A stretch of 64,000 bases of DNA from Hormiphora californensis. Lineage: Eukaryota > Animalia > Ctenophora. Below, one piece after another: positions 9,847 through 23,700 of this stretch; positions within the stretch are counted from its first letter, which is position 1, and every line of letters begins with the position of its first letter. Below the pieces are notes generated by a model. It had not been told where the DNA came from and searched no databases. It was given only the letters and a program-made list of their open reading frames with translations. The DNA is taken from positions 2,294,001-2,358,000 of the forward strand of contig CM035357.1 in the NCBI GenBank assembly GCA_020137815.1, given 5' to 3'. A program made the position numbers and the translations under genes.

Positions 9847-12604
9847 TCACCTAGATATATCCTCAGGGATTACCACAACCTCTTCCTGTTCCCCACCCTC
9901 ATCCCTCAAACAACACAACAGATAATCGTTCTCCAGCGCTGGAAAGAGGTACTGCTCATCATCATATAGCTCTGGAGGTACATTTTGGGTGTGTTTGTGC
10001 TCGAAAAGGTGTTCTGAGAGATCATCAGGGGTGATTGGGCAGAATGGGCAGCGATGGGCATCTAGTCGGTACCGGAGGAAGTTGACCAGTTTTATCTGTG
10101 GAGGGAGGGTTGTTTAGAAAACAGAGTCACCGTGAAAACTAGAGATTTTGGCCGTGACCTAGAGAGAAATTTAGAGATAAGTCAAGAGATGGCATCTAGA
10201 AACAATTATCATTATCATACCTGTTTGTAAAACGACAAGTTAGCTGTCAGCTTTTCAAAATCCAAATGGTGAATAATGTTCATGTGAGATTTGATATCAG
10301 ATAGTCTCTTATAGGACACACTGCACGCCAAGCATTTTATCTCGGGAACACTCTCCTTCCAATCGTCCCATTCCTCATCAGCTGATTCTAATGGGGTGAT
10401 GTCATTATGACGTCATAATGGGATGATGATGTCATCATGTTAATGGAGGGATATCATGTATATCATGCGAAATATTATGTTTGTACCATTATGAGTAGAG
10501 CGGGTATCAGTGTCGCTCGTATCTGCATTCAGGACCTTCCATGTCTTCCCAAATTCCCGGTAGTTTATCACGTAGTATCTATCGAACTCTGGGAAAGGAT
10601 TGACGCAATTAGCTTCATTCAACAAGTAAATCAAATATCAACAAGTCACAATGACTGTAGTAACAATGACAAATCTCAGGTAACTGATTCAGTAATGAGT
10701 AGCTTATATTGTATGCTACACTGGTCCAGAATCCGGTTACTGAATGAGTAACATGTTCTAATCAAGTAACTGAATGAGTAACATGTTCTAATCTAATAAT
10801 AATTGAATCACCAGTACATCTGTTCAATAACCTAACCACCACAATAACCTAACCACCACAATAACCTAACCCTCACAACAACTAACCTGTATTAGCCGGA
10901 TTGACCTTCTTGTGTAATTTCTTTCTCATGTGCTCTCTAAGGATCTTATAATCTCGAAACACTTTATCACAGTACAGACATTCTGCACGCATCATCTTGG
11001 CTCTCAGCCGCTCAACAAACTCTTCCGTGTAGACCTACTCAGGGGAAGGGTTGATGCAAGATGGAACATAGTAAGAGTTAATCATCATTGAAAATGGCGG
11101 GATGAGACTATAACATTATAGGAAGAGTTAATTTAAGTGATCGTTATGATTTTGTAGACCTAACCTTAATCAGGGACGATTTGAGTGATAATTGTTGTGG
11201 GGACTAAATTGAGGGAAAGTTGATTTAAATGGTGGGATGGGGGACCAGCAGGATTTCATTCAGCAAATGACAGTTTGATCATACTGGACTAATAATGTTT
11301 GGATAAATAGGGAAGTAGTGACCACAGTTGTAGTGCACCGGATGCCGACAGTGCACTGTTGGGAAGTAGTGATCATACTAGGGGGATTCAGAAACTGAGA
11401 ACTAAGAATTTTATATGACCATCTGTAATTATTTCTGTCCAGAACTTAAAATAACGGCTTCTCTCATCCACTCTCACAGTTTCTCACCATTTAGTAACTA
11501 TCTCTTTCCCAAATACATATTCTCCCCCCCCCCCTCTCTCGTAATCTCATTCATCTCTTTCTTACTAACTGAAACTATGTACCTAAATATTCTCTCTCCT
11601 CTCTCCATTTCCATCTCTATTTCTCCTTTTCTCTCTTTCTTCTGTGACTTTTTTTCTTTCCATGTCTCTCTCTTTCTCTCTCTCCATTATATCATCTCTC
11701 TTGTTCTCACCATCTCTCTCCCTCCCATTCTCAACATCTCCTCTCTCTAGATTGTTCTCTTACCAGATTATCAGGATGACCGAGGGTAAAGCTGTGTTGA
11801 TTATAAAGGTGTTCAGACAAGGTAAAACGTGTGCCAGCGATAGTCTCCGGGCAAAATAGACATTTAATCTTGAAGTCATCTCTGTTTCGCTCAACCTGGG
11901 GGAGACAGATAAGAAACTGATTATCATAGCAATAAATTGAAAGCCTTGTTAGAAAGAGATAAGAGCTACCAGGATCAAGGATTATACTGCCGTGTTACCT
12001 GATTTACAAGGTTCATGTGTGTTACCTGCTGCACCGATTCACCCCTGAGGTCCCTAGTTGGTTGTGTAGTTACCTGTTGTTGATTTAAAACTTTTCTCTG
12101 AGTCTCTGCAAAAAGACGATGCCTCAACGAGATATCTTCATTGGTCGTATCATTTAACATGTAAAACATTCCCTCTTGTTGATCAACAGATGCATCAGCG
12201 GTTGGTTTCACTGTAAAGCCATGTAGAAACTGGCAAATTGTCCCTGTGGACTGAGAATAGTGTTTGAAATCTGTCATGTATAAATAGAGAGTAATCAAAT
12301 TAACAAATCTTTCAAACATAAAGAATAGGCACAAAATGAAGCATGTTCCACTCACCTTCAGTTACTTTGAATCGCCAGTATTTGCAGTACCCCGCCAGGT
12401 CATACACCGTGTTTACATTCGCCACCACAACTTTATGAGCCTCTAGAAGGTGCTTCAGAATGGTCTCCTGAAAAAAGTTCCTGGTTAAAACCTAAACATT
12501 TGCGATAGTTGATGGATATTATGGATATTAACCTGAGGGTTGGAAGATTCGTCCCAGATGTAGGGACAGTTCCCAAGCAAACACAGACCATTTGGAATGA
12601 CCAT
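9847..12604 (-). CDS. ZNF277: Zinc finger protein 277
   Basis: Exons 12604-12533, 12467-12356, 12270-12074, 11895-11764, 11034-10887, 10588-~10487, ~10387-10221, ~10095-9847(TGA). Motifs: HLLEAHKVVVANV..YCKYWR, CLFC..HLYNQHSFTLGHPDNL, CLYCDKVFRDYKILREHMRKKLHKKVNP, FDRYYVINYREFGKTW, SFYKQIKLVNFLR, YLFPALENDYLL. Confidence 0.9.
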
Positions 12605-12959
12605 TTTAGATTTTGGTGCTAGTTTATGATAGTAGGGACAGTCAGGATGGATATACACACTCTTTTGAGTATTTTAGAGCACGCCTGAAGGACAGGTGGT
12701 CGGAGAAAGGCGTCGCGAATCCCGAGTTATCAGTTGGAAATTTTTCGCAGACTCTGGAAAAAGTGAAATCGATTTTGTGGTTTAATTTTAACGCGCGCGC
12801 ACGATTCGAATCAACATATCATGCGTCGCGTTAAAAAGCAGCGCACTATCAAAAGTATCGCGGTCGCAGTGTTAACGCGATTCCTGAAATCTTTCATCGC
12901 TCAAACTTAGTCGGACTAATCTCAGTCTCATCGTTCCGCTCACCAGAAATAGTCAGAGC

Positions 12960-13288
12960 TATGACTATGACTAAGTTATGACTATGACTGAGTTATTGCC
13001 AAAAACGTCCAAAAAATGTGAAGAACCTATGAGTATGACTATGAGTATGACTATGACTATGACTATGACTATGACTATGACTATGACTATGACTATGACT
13101 ATGACTATGACTATGACTATGACTATGACTATGACTATGACTATGACTATGACTATGACTATGACTATGACTATGACTATGACTATGACTATGACTATGA
13201 CTATGACTATGACTATGACTATGACTATGACTATGACTATGACTATGACTATGACTATGACTATGACTATGACTATGACTATGACTAT
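12960..13288 (+). repeat. (ATGACT)n hexamer microsatellite, left part
   Basis: Perfect from ~13046, degenerate and interrupted 12960-13045. Confidence 0.98.
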
Positions 13289-13652
13289 GGCTATAAGCAT
13301 ACTGATCGTGATGATCATAATCAGGTCAGTGTGCGGACGTTTTGATGGTCACCATCAAAGGAGCGCACACACTGATGGTTATCATCATGATGGAGGCTTG
13401 ATGCATCATGATGTTCTCAAACCATAGTGTGTTCACGTTTGATCATCATAAACCATAGTGTGCGCACGTTTGATCATCATAAACCATGCTCAACTTGTTG
13501 GAACTTGCCTTTTGATCATGATCATCATGACCAGTGTGCTCAGCATGATGATGCTATCTCCCCCTTGCCTAGTCGCGCGCTCTGAGAGGCTGTTGCATAT
13601 CACGTGACCTGTACAACAGCCTCTCGCGCGCGCGAAGTCGTACCACGTGGTA

Positions 13653-13877
13653 CAGTGGTCATCCGACATATTCCGACGTGAAATTCGACGTGAATCTCGA
13701 CCTGGAATGAGGCGCGCATCAGAGAGATGTGCCGCAGTAAGAAAATGATGTCGCGCTTCAACTTTTCTCTCTCGTTAGTCTTTGTGTCTCTCTCACTACG
13801 AATGCGCGCCTCATTCCAGGTCGAGATTCACGTCGAATTTCACGTCGAGGTATGGCAATTATGTCGGATGACCACTG
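13653..13877. mobile_element. Palindromic MITE (Tc1/mariner/pogo-like CAGTGG ends)
   Basis: TA|CAGTGGTCATCCGACATA ... TATGTCGGATGACCACTG, plus inner arms CGACGTGAAATTCGACGTGAATCTCGACCTGGAATGAGGCGCGCAT. Confidence 0.8.
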
Positions 13878-13979
13878 GTACATATCACATGACTACAGTG
13901 TAGTCCTCCATAAGAATAAGATCAGAACGTGCGCACACTAGGTGTTGATGAATATGATCATCATCCAACAAAAAAATAG

Positions 13980-14359
13980 CACACACCAAAGTTAAAATTA
14001 AAATTAAAATTTGACGTTTTTGGTCATAACTCTGCCATTTCTTGGCAAAATTGCTTCATTTTGGGCTTGTTGGAAAGAGGGCATCGAGCCCGTTCTGAAC
14101 AGCTCAAGAAACTTGAAATCTGCGCAAAGTGCGCGGCGTTACAGTGCAAAATGTGTGCGTTAAAATTTTAAAATTTTAACGCGCGCATTATGCGCCTTAA
14201 CGCCGCGCACTCTGCACCGATTTTAAGTTTCTTGAGCTCTTCAGAACGGGCTCGATGCCCTCTTTCAAATGAGCCCAAAAAGAAGCAATTTTGCCAAGAA
14301 ATGGCAGAGTTATGACCAAAAACGTCAAATTTTAATTTTAATTTTAACTTTGGTGTGTG
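13980..14359. mobile_element. Palindromic MITE
   Basis: Near-complete hairpin CACACACCAAAGTTAAAATTAAAATT...AATTTTAACTTTGGTGTGTG. Core (GGAAAGAGG.CAT.GAGC) related to the 3350-3721 family. Confidence 0.85.
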
Positions 14360-14377
14360 GTGAGTGGTGACCCTTAA

Positions 14378-15257
14378 CCCTTTGGGGACGATAAGCCCCC
14401 TGTCGACAGAATTCTCTAAAACTTTCTGAAGACACTTACTTTGAACCTACTTAAACGTAGGAAAAGGAATTTCGATTCTACCACCTGTATTTCTATTGGG
14501 TCACCTGTGACCCAATCGTCCCCTAACGCTAAAACAGGAATTGAGATTTCGCAGCTATTTTGCCCCATAACTCGAAAACCGTTCATTTTAGGCCCTATGT
14601 TTCTTCATAACACTTATATAAACCCGGCCGTTCTGCACATTTTGCACACCCTATGGACCTCTCTATCTCATCTGTAGCCGATTTTAGAATTTCAAAATTG
14701 GCCGGGATGAAAAATTTTCTGAAGGAGCACGGATCTCAAAAAAATTTTTATCGACTCCCTTGGATGTTGAGATAACAATGATGGAGTCGGTTAGTCGCTA
14801 GCACCTGTTTAAAAAATGCCGTTTTGGACTTTTATCGGCGGTCATTCCTTTAGAAATGCTCGTAAAATGCAAATTTCTGTTTTAGCGTTAGGGGACGATT
14901 GGGTCACAGGTGACCCAGCACTTTGAAGGCCTCTGAGAGGCACAAAATTTGCAATATCACCCTGAAACTTTACCCCGGAGTAAAATATACACTTTTCTTG
15001 CATTTTCCAAGTCCATTTTAAGCATACTCGTACCAATTTTGAGATATGGCCATTAAACTACCCATTTTGCCTACCAAATGCACTGTTTTAGCCCTGTTTT
15101 CCGAAGTCGACGACTTCAGAGGCTCAAAACGACCTCAAAATGGTAGAAAAATGTATGTTTCAACCCTGGAAACAATTTAAAACTTTCAAACGTGGTCTAG
15201 AAAGACGCTAAATGGGTTCAAAGTATTGGGTCACCTGTGACCCAATCGTCTCCAAGG
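14378..15257. mobile_element. piggyBac-like non-autonomous element, right end damaged
   Basis: TTAA|CCCTTTGGGGACGAT at left, ATCGTCTCCAAGG at right. Internal repeats TGGGTCACCTGTGACCCAATCGTC in both orientations. Confidence 0.55.
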
Positions 15258-15543
15258 CCAGCTCTTACGTGATGATCATAATGTTCCGCACACTGCAGTT
15301 TTTTGCAGATGATGATGATCAAAACCATGACTCATGGTATGAGCACACTTCATCTTTTTAACTGATTATGATCATCACGATCAGTATGCTTATAGCCTAA
15401 GAGACGGCTCCAGGGCCAGCTCTTACGTGATGATCATAATATTCCGCACACTGCAGTTTTTTGCAGATGATGATGATCAAAACCATGAGCACACTTCATC
15501 TTTTTAACTGATTATGATCATCACGATCAGTATGCTTATAGCC

Positions 15544-16051
15544 TATGACTATGACTATGACTATGACTATGACTATGACTATGACTATGACTATGACTAT
15601 GACTATGACTATGACTATGACTATGACTATGACTATGACTATGACTATGACTATGACTATGACTATGACTATGACTATGACTATGACTATGACTATGACT
15701 ATGACTATGACTATGACTATGACTATGACTATGACTATGACTATGACTATGACTATGACTATGACTATGACTATGACTATGACTATGACTATGACTATGA
15801 CTATGACTATGACTATGACTATGACTATGACTATGACTATGACTATGACTATGACTATGACTATGACTATGACTATGACTATGACTATGACTATGACTAT
15901 GACTATGACTATGACTATGACTATGACTATGACTATGACTATGACTATGACTATGACTATGACTATGACTATGACTATGACTATGACTATGACTATGACT
16001 ATGACTATGACTATGACTATGACTATGACTATGACTATGACTATGACTATG
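15544..16051 (+). repeat. (ATGACT)n hexamer microsatellite, right part
   Basis: About 500 bp perfect array, same strand as the left part. Confidence 0.98.
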
Positions 16052-16254
16052 ATGGGTGAGAGTTAGAGGAAGATTGGTTCAGGAAAAGAAAAAAAGGAGA
16101 GCGTGAGAGAAAGAGAGAGAGAGAGAGAGAGACTGAAAGACAACTAGAGTGAGATACATAGCTGGAAAGCTGTGGAGACTTTTTACCACAGCACTGACTC
16201 CGATCCAGAGCCCCCTCTTTCTTTTCCCACCCAACACACACTATCTTTTACACT

Positions 16255-17074
16255 ATGAAGTTTCTTGTTGTCCTTGTCACTCTTTGTCTGGTTGTCATGA
16301 CAACCAGGGCAGCTGCCCCTTCCATTGAAGAGGGTATCAACATTGAGACCTTGGAGTTGGAGGAGGACGAGACACCTATGGGTAAGTTACATCTTCCTTC
16401 TTCAAGATCCTGTATGGCGGCGCCATACCCCATTTGATTCTCGCGACAGTGCGCTCAGATGGGGTCGCAGCGCCAGATAGTAAATATCTCGGTTCGCTAG
16501 GGTTGTGCCACTAGACAGTACCTTCTCTGTCTCTGTTTTAGATTTTTATTTAAGATTTCCTCATATTTTATTGCTGTGTCTTGACGATTGCTAACTGATA
16601 TTTGTTCTCTTTCAGCTGATGAGGAAACGGACATGCCCCTTATTGATGAAACTGACTCACTTGTTTGTAAGTTTGTTTAGATGTTTGTCAGTTTGTTTAG
16701 ATGTTTGTCAGTTTCTAACTGTTTGTTTATTAATATGTTTGTAACTTTTGTAACTATTTCCCACGTATTCTTGTTCTCCTGTCTTCTATCATGCATGACG
16801 ACATCATCATGTAAGAATTGACAGCATTATTGTCATGATTTCTCCCCCACAGTTTTGGAAATAGAAACTGCACTTAGCCTTCTTCCTGTCAGCATTCTCT
16901 AAATCAGCCCAACACATTTAACACCCATATCTACCCCCCTCAGCTATTGATAGTACAGTTATCGCCCACATGACAGCCAAGGAGGCAGAGGAGCTTGCCC
17001 CTGAGAGCATTGTAGACCTCTACGATTCTGCCGAAGAGGTTGTAGAGGGAACACCCGAGGTTGATTCCGCATAG
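16255..17074 (+). CDS. Small, very acidic secreted protein (102 aa), no recognised family
   Basis: Exons 16255-16381, 16616-16666, 16944-17074(TAG) total 309 nt with phase-1 GT-AG introns. Signal peptide MKFLVVLVTLCLVVMTTRA; Asp/Glu-rich mature part. Confidence 0.8.
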
Positions 17075-17513
17075 ACATGAACACCATGAACACCATGAAA
17101 CATTGTAATTTGTAGTATTTTGGTTGATTTCTTAGTTGATTTCTACAATTTGAGTTTCAATGTTTGAGTGCACTCAAATGGTGACATCATATTGGCTGTG
17201 CAGATCTGATTCGTTCAATCAGACATCGGTTTTCCACACACAAAGAACTGTTTTTAATTTTCTGTGGGAAACAAGTGATACTCGTATCTTCTTCATTGGT
17301 ATTTAAAATAATATTCCGAATTGCTGGTAAATTCAATATTTTTCAATTTCCAAAATCAGACCTTTAGTTTATGTTGAGTTCAATCCTGCAAAACTTATCT
17401 GGCGGGGTCAGACCCCGAATTGATTCTCAGTGCGCCCAGATTATATGCCATAAGGTCGCGGCACCAGACAGTATAATAGAACTAATGCTGTTAAAAATAC
17501 TTAGTAGAAGTTC

Positions 17514-17642
17514 ATGCATCGGCCATCGTTGTCTCCTGCAAGTCGGACTTTCAAACGCCATGTATGTTCTTGTGCTGGCGATGCACGATCAGCGGTGCAT
17601 GCAGAGAAGGAGAGGAGAGAGAGAGAGAGAGATGAGAGAGAG

Positions 17643-17705
<63 letters not shown>

Positions 17706-20700
17706 AGAGAGAATGAGAGAGAGAGAGATAGATGAGGTAAAGGACTATAGAGATAGAGTAGTATGAGATCGAGAGTAGAAATGCGATATGAGACTTGCTC
17801 TCCTCATATTCCTCTCTCTCCCCCCTCGCGCTCTCTCTCCTCTTCTCTCTCCTCTCTCTCATCTCTCTCTCTCTCTCTCTCTCTCCTCTCTATTCTCTCT
17901 CTCTCTTTCCTCAGAGGAAGGGGATTTTGGCTTCGCCCGCGCGAGAAAACTAAAAGAAAGAGACCTCTAATGGCTTTGCGCTACATCTGACTTTGTACTT
18001 CACCCCTACTTTAGCTTGCAACTTGGACGTCATAAGCTTAATACCTTTCTTACTAGTTTTGTGCCCACTTACCGCCGCACTTCTCAATATGCTACTGTCT
18101 GCAGCTCAGGTTTAAATTTATAAGAACGCGTTGTGGGTAGCCTGAATATTTGGTGACATAGACACCGTGCTCACACACAGGTGTCTGCTCCGCCTCAAAA
18201 AGGGTCGTTTCTTTCAAGGGATGTGGCACGCGAGTCACTGGACTGATTTGTAACCGGTTTGTTCGCAAAGACTACAAATGATCCTATTTAACTGGAAAAA
18301 TACCCGAGAAGTTTGTCTGTCACGAGGAAGTGGTCAAAATTGACACTGAAGTCAACCTATAATCTGGCTTCCGAGATTTTCTGCCTACGCAGCGATTTTA
18401 GAAGCATATTGGGAGATTTTTTGATGCAATTTAGCATCAGCATTAATGCCGGCTATTTCCATACTCAAAAAAGAGTTCACCTCTTCTGATAACCCTCAGA
18501 TTCATTCTACATCACCGTCTGGGAGTGGTGCAAAAGGCTCGGAGCCAGATATAAATTGGACATTCAGTGTCCATTTTGACCCACCTCCTGTTAAAGCCAA
18601 ACTTCTCGGTATGTTTCCATTAAACTAGGACAATTTGTAGTCCTTTTTTTGCGCAACCGGATGCAAATCGGTCCAGTGGATCCGCGCATTGGCTTGAAAA
18701 CACGACCCTTTTTTGGGGCGGAGCGGACACCTATGTGCGAGCTCGATCTCGCACGCACTAGGTGTCAATGTCACCAACCTGAATATTGGGTTTCCGTGAA
18801 GGACAGGACAAGACAGACATAATCCAGTGAACAACTAGAGAGTTGAGAACTGACAGTGACAACTGACACTTAATAATTAAAAAACAATTAAGTTAATTGC
18901 TTCTTAATTATAGATCTTCTTGTTTGCTAACCAATTGTTTTTATCAGCCCGAAGATCGCCTTGAGAGTAAGACTTCCTACCGGGCAGAGTTTGTGGAGAA
19001 AGAGTTCTCCAAACCAGATCCCATCCTATCAGGTAAAGTCAAATTGTTTAGTCAGCTACTTATAAAGTACCAGTGATGACGTGATGTACAAATCCCTTTA
19101 GTGTGATGTGCCCCTGTGTTGACTGCTGACCAGTGCTGTCTTTGGTCCCCAGTGCTGTTTGCTATTTATTTTGCTGTTTGTCCATTAGGTGCTCGCTATT
19201 ACGACTTAAAAACAATTGGTTAGCCAACGTTCGCCCTTCTGCAGGCTCGCGTAAGCTCACACCGGTGTGAGAGCCGACATACACTGGAACAAAAACATGT
19301 CAAAGTGCTGTCTGTGATCCCTCTGATGGGTTGATGATTGGATTCTTTCCTTTTATTAATGCTAGCAAGAAAGAAACGCATTGAATGGTTATTGCACTAA
19401 CACATTGTAATTAGGGTACATTAATACATTGGCAGCTTATCGCATATTAATCATTTGAGTTTGGTAATAAACACCAAATAACATCATATTAGCTTGATAG
19501 ATTTGTTCATATGAACTTGAATGCTGATAACATATTTTACGTCTATAATAATGCGACAGTTTGGAAGGCCCTCTCTAAAGGTCCGTGTTCAGAAAGCCGG
19601 AAAGTCAAAAACGTATCTGCTTGGTGTATTATATATCACGAGTATCTGTTTACCAATATTCAAAGACCCGCCGTCTCCTGGATAGGGGGAGTTCCTTCCG
19701 CCGGTTCCTCTTCGTTGGAAGTCTGGAATGCCGTCATGAAACTATTCGCAGTGCGCCTCAAAAATTGTGCCGGCCCAGACAAGAGACCAAAGTAGAAGGT
19801 GGAATCATATAGCAGTGGATTAATCACCGAGTTGATGGGGATGATAAGAATTGAAAAGAAAGGATACCAAGTTGATGCATTTATGGCTTCGGAGAGGTGC
19901 AGAAATAAACAATGCTCAGTGGAACCCAGCAGAAAAAATCAGTTAAGATAATTGCCGATTTTTGCTTGGAAGAGCCCTGTTGGCGCCTTGTCACCCGTAG
20001 CAGCCCCCACATTCCGGCTCGATTGCTGGGTTTTGAAGTTGATGTATCCATAGCTGACCAAGATGAAGATGAGCACAGAAAGTTTACCAAAGAATGGATG
20101 TCGAAAACACCCATTGGGGGTCGTCACGGGTAACAAGGTACTTGAAGACACAGACTCCATCATTTCCATAAAAATGGACGGTAGACATCGGTATACCTGA
20201 AATGAAAATAGTTAATATTTATTAAATTCAGAACTAATTAACTGCTTTTTTTCTATTATCTATATATCTACATATATAAAGCCTTTATAGTGTTTCGCTA
20301 TAAATTTCACTCAGGCACACAAACACACTTAATTACCTCCAACATCTGATGAAAACATTTCTTTGACCGTTGAGCGGACAGCTTCCCAGGTGAATGAGGC
20401 TTTCTCCCATGACATTGACCGCCCTTCAAAGTATTCCTTGAAAACCTTGTAGTGGTCGATCTACTGGCGGGCCGGATGAAAGCGGTGATCCGAAGTAGTA
20501 CAGCCCTTTGACAAGTAGTCCTCGGTGATTGGCAAAATCGGTGTTACTGCAATCAGGACACTTGCCAAAAGAGGAAAAGCTAGCAGTAACACAAGCCTGG
20601 CAGCAGACTTGAAGTTAACAAGTCCCGTTGAATGAATTTTCCGATGTTTGCCAATCTGGTGATACTGAGCTGTCATTGGAAGAGTGACAATTGCGATCCG

Positions 20701-23700
20701 TGGTACTAGACTCCAAGGAAGGACACTCACTGCTACTGAACTTGCGAACGCAGTTGGTATTTCAATTCAGAGTGCATCAGCGTAGATCCCAGTCAAAATA
20801 GGATAGTAGAGGGAACCCCAGTCAACAGGGTGCACATACAATCAATTCAGAAAGATTTCAAGCTGAACAATCAAGGATTTTGATCAGACACAACCGATTG
20901 TGTGTTTACAGTTGAAAAATATACTAGATCTAACATCTGGGTATCTACCTTATTTGTCGTGTTGGCACGTCAGTCCGGAAATCCCAAACCCGACTTCATC
21001 GCATGTGAGAAACAGTTCTGTTTGGGGGCATTGGGAGTTGTATAGAACTCCATAATGCCTATGATCACAGTCTTGCAAGCATCTCAGAAAATTGGTGTCT
21101 CAAAAGATGTCCTTATTCCTGCGAAGATGGACAACTTTTTGAGCACTCGTCGGAAATACGGCAGGCACACGCATCGCACACTTAGATTAGAACCACTAGT
21201 TCACTGTGATTGGTACACTGAAAGTGATTCGCACAGAAGTCCTCATCAGAGCCACCCCGCAGTCGTCTTTATCATACAAAATCCCGATAGGGAACACATC
21301 TTTTGTTATCACACGGAATATTTTATTGTCGTAGAGCCGGGTCTTTGCAGTTTTGAACAGCGTGGTTGTACTTGAATGGCAGTGTCTGCCAGAGCCGAAT
21401 CTACTACGGAATCCTTTGTTTATTTATACAAGTGTCTCCGGGGATTTTCTTTAAGGGACATTCAGCATTTTGGACAGATGTTGTTGCATGCTCATAGACA
21501 TAGTTCGCACCGAAAAGGATGCGAGCATTCGACCTTTTCCTCAGGAACGTACGAGCACGGGTTGTTGGACAATAAGTACAGTTTTGATGACGAATCCCAG
21601 CAGTGTGTCTACTTGTTGCAATTTCCCAGTTGCCTTTCCAAGTCGTAGCTCTCCGTTTGAAAACAATGCTGGATGAATGTTGATCTGGTAGTGACAATGT
21701 ATCGATGTAGTTGTTACATCAACATCAGTTTGCGGGCTTGCGTTTACACAGCTTTCCTCTCAAACGGCATGTGTTTTTCTGTCGCAGAGATTGTTCAGTC
21801 AATATAGTTTTTCTCTGAAGGACAGAGAAAACTTCCTTACACGCAGTCCCCATCTCTTGGTACCGTCCTGTAGTAATCTTTTTCCGCATTTCAACCACTG
21901 CGTTTTCTTTTCATCTTTTCCATCCACAGTCCACTTCACCGTCCATGACCCCACTCTAACGGATTGGCAGGAGACGTTCTTTCCTCACGTGTGGGGAGGG
22001 AATCTTCTGATGCATGAACTTTGGTAAGATCTTTAGCTTTGCAATTCATCCCTTTCATCGTGCAGTCAGAATGCCACACATCACACACTGCCCCCTTGTG
22101 AATATTGCACCCTTGTTTCTGGATCAACCAAACGTTATTGTAGTTGTCATCACAAAGTTCATCCTCAATACCCCCCATTGATATGGTGGTTGGAAAACCC
22201 TGTGAGAGGCATTGCATAGCAACCCTTTCAGGATCGCTGCAGTTTGTCTGATCCTGTCTGCTATTTACAAGCGGAGTTCTCGGATAGAAACACCTCATGT
22301 TATCTTGGATCGGTATGGTCCCTCATCACTTGTATTATGCTGACAGTTGGTGTGATCACAACAGTCCGTTATTACATCCTACCTCATCTTCGCCATGTAC
22401 AGTCCCAACTCTCCATCGCAGATCCATATCAGGTGGAGTCCAATAATTATCACACCAAACACCATACTGTAACCCATTACAATTGATTCATCGTAACACA
22501 TAATACTCCATCACATTCTGCCATCACATGTTGTGTTTACCAAACTGCGCAATCCACCATGTTCAGATTAGTGTTTTTTACTACATCCCACCTCACAATG
22601 ATATAGGTCTTCCCGTAGTCCACCACATAATAGCTCTATTAACAAATTTTTCCCAAAAATGTTGTCCCAAGTACAGGTGTACCCCTAGTTCTTTGTAACC
22701 ATACAACCACGTGCCCACATGCCTGGTAGAACCCTGGATCAGAAGGACACAAGTTCTGAAACTATTAATCACATCTCTGCTCCATGACCCACCTGTCACA
22801 GAATTAATAGTGGCATTTGTAGTATGTTTATATATGGTGAGGAAACACTGTTCGTGAGATATCCACCACCTCCACTAATTCACACTTTCCGGATCTGGGG
22901 TTGCTGGTGTGAACATCTATGCCTCCAATAACTCGCCAATCCAATACTCCCGTAGAAGTGTTAACAAATACCAACAATATCGTGAAACTAAAAGAGTTTG
23001 AGCTATTAAACTTTAGAATTTCTCACGAATTCTAGGCTCAAACAAAGTTAATCCGAAGTAGAAATAAAACACTATGTGGACATGGGGGCAATGGGTCACA
23101 ACATTTTCATAGGGTTCCAGAATCAACATTTAGAGAACCAGCTGCAAGGGAAGTATTGCCTTATCCCATCCCCAACTATCTCAGTATTATTATCTTTGTA
23201 CCCGGGCTTCCTCGTTATTCAGTTGTCTAAACGCAGCCATTAGACACTTTCGGACCAATGGCGGTCAATGCGGGTCGGACAATGCCGCGGTCGGACAATT
23301 GCCAGCAAGGTTTCTCGAAATGAGAGTATGGGGTCAGGCCAACGATCTGACAGATTAACATCAACAATCGAACACTAACCCACATACATCTAGCTGTGTA
23401 TATCATTGGGGCGACACGGTGTCGCTCTGGAAGGTTAAACCTCGACTAAAATTACCCCAAAAAAAGTGTCAGACACGACTGTATATTTGGTATAAAATTT
23501 TGAAGAAATGGTCACATCTCTCTGAATCTCTCTGGGGCAAAATGGTACACTTGGACTAGTAAAATAGAGCTCGCAATACCACGTGACATGGAATGCACTG
23601 GGGCAAAAATATTAGACACTATTCTAATTATAAAATCAAACAATATTCAAGATACATACAATTTGTGGAAAAATTATGATGATAAAAACAATAATTTTGT

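Larger units (their letters stand above)
13289..15543. mobile_element. Non-autonomous TIR transposon embedded in the (ATGACT)n array, carrying nested MITEs
   Basis: Perfect 36-bp TIR GGCTATAAGCATACTGATCGTGATGATCATAATCAG (13289-13324 / 15508-15543), TAT on both sides. Subterminal GATCATCAT/GTGTGC repeats. Right end tandemly duplicated (extra TIR 15362-15397). Confidence 0.85.

Noticed and set aside
12971-16066. Poly-MT, poly-YD and poly-IV ORFs
   Set aside because: These are translations of the ATGACT microsatellite, with no splice or gene context.
17609-17910. (GA)n followed by (TC)n as a biological hairpin (also 25520-25950)
   Set aside because: The garbled transition suggests base-calling or consensus error; not supportable without reads.
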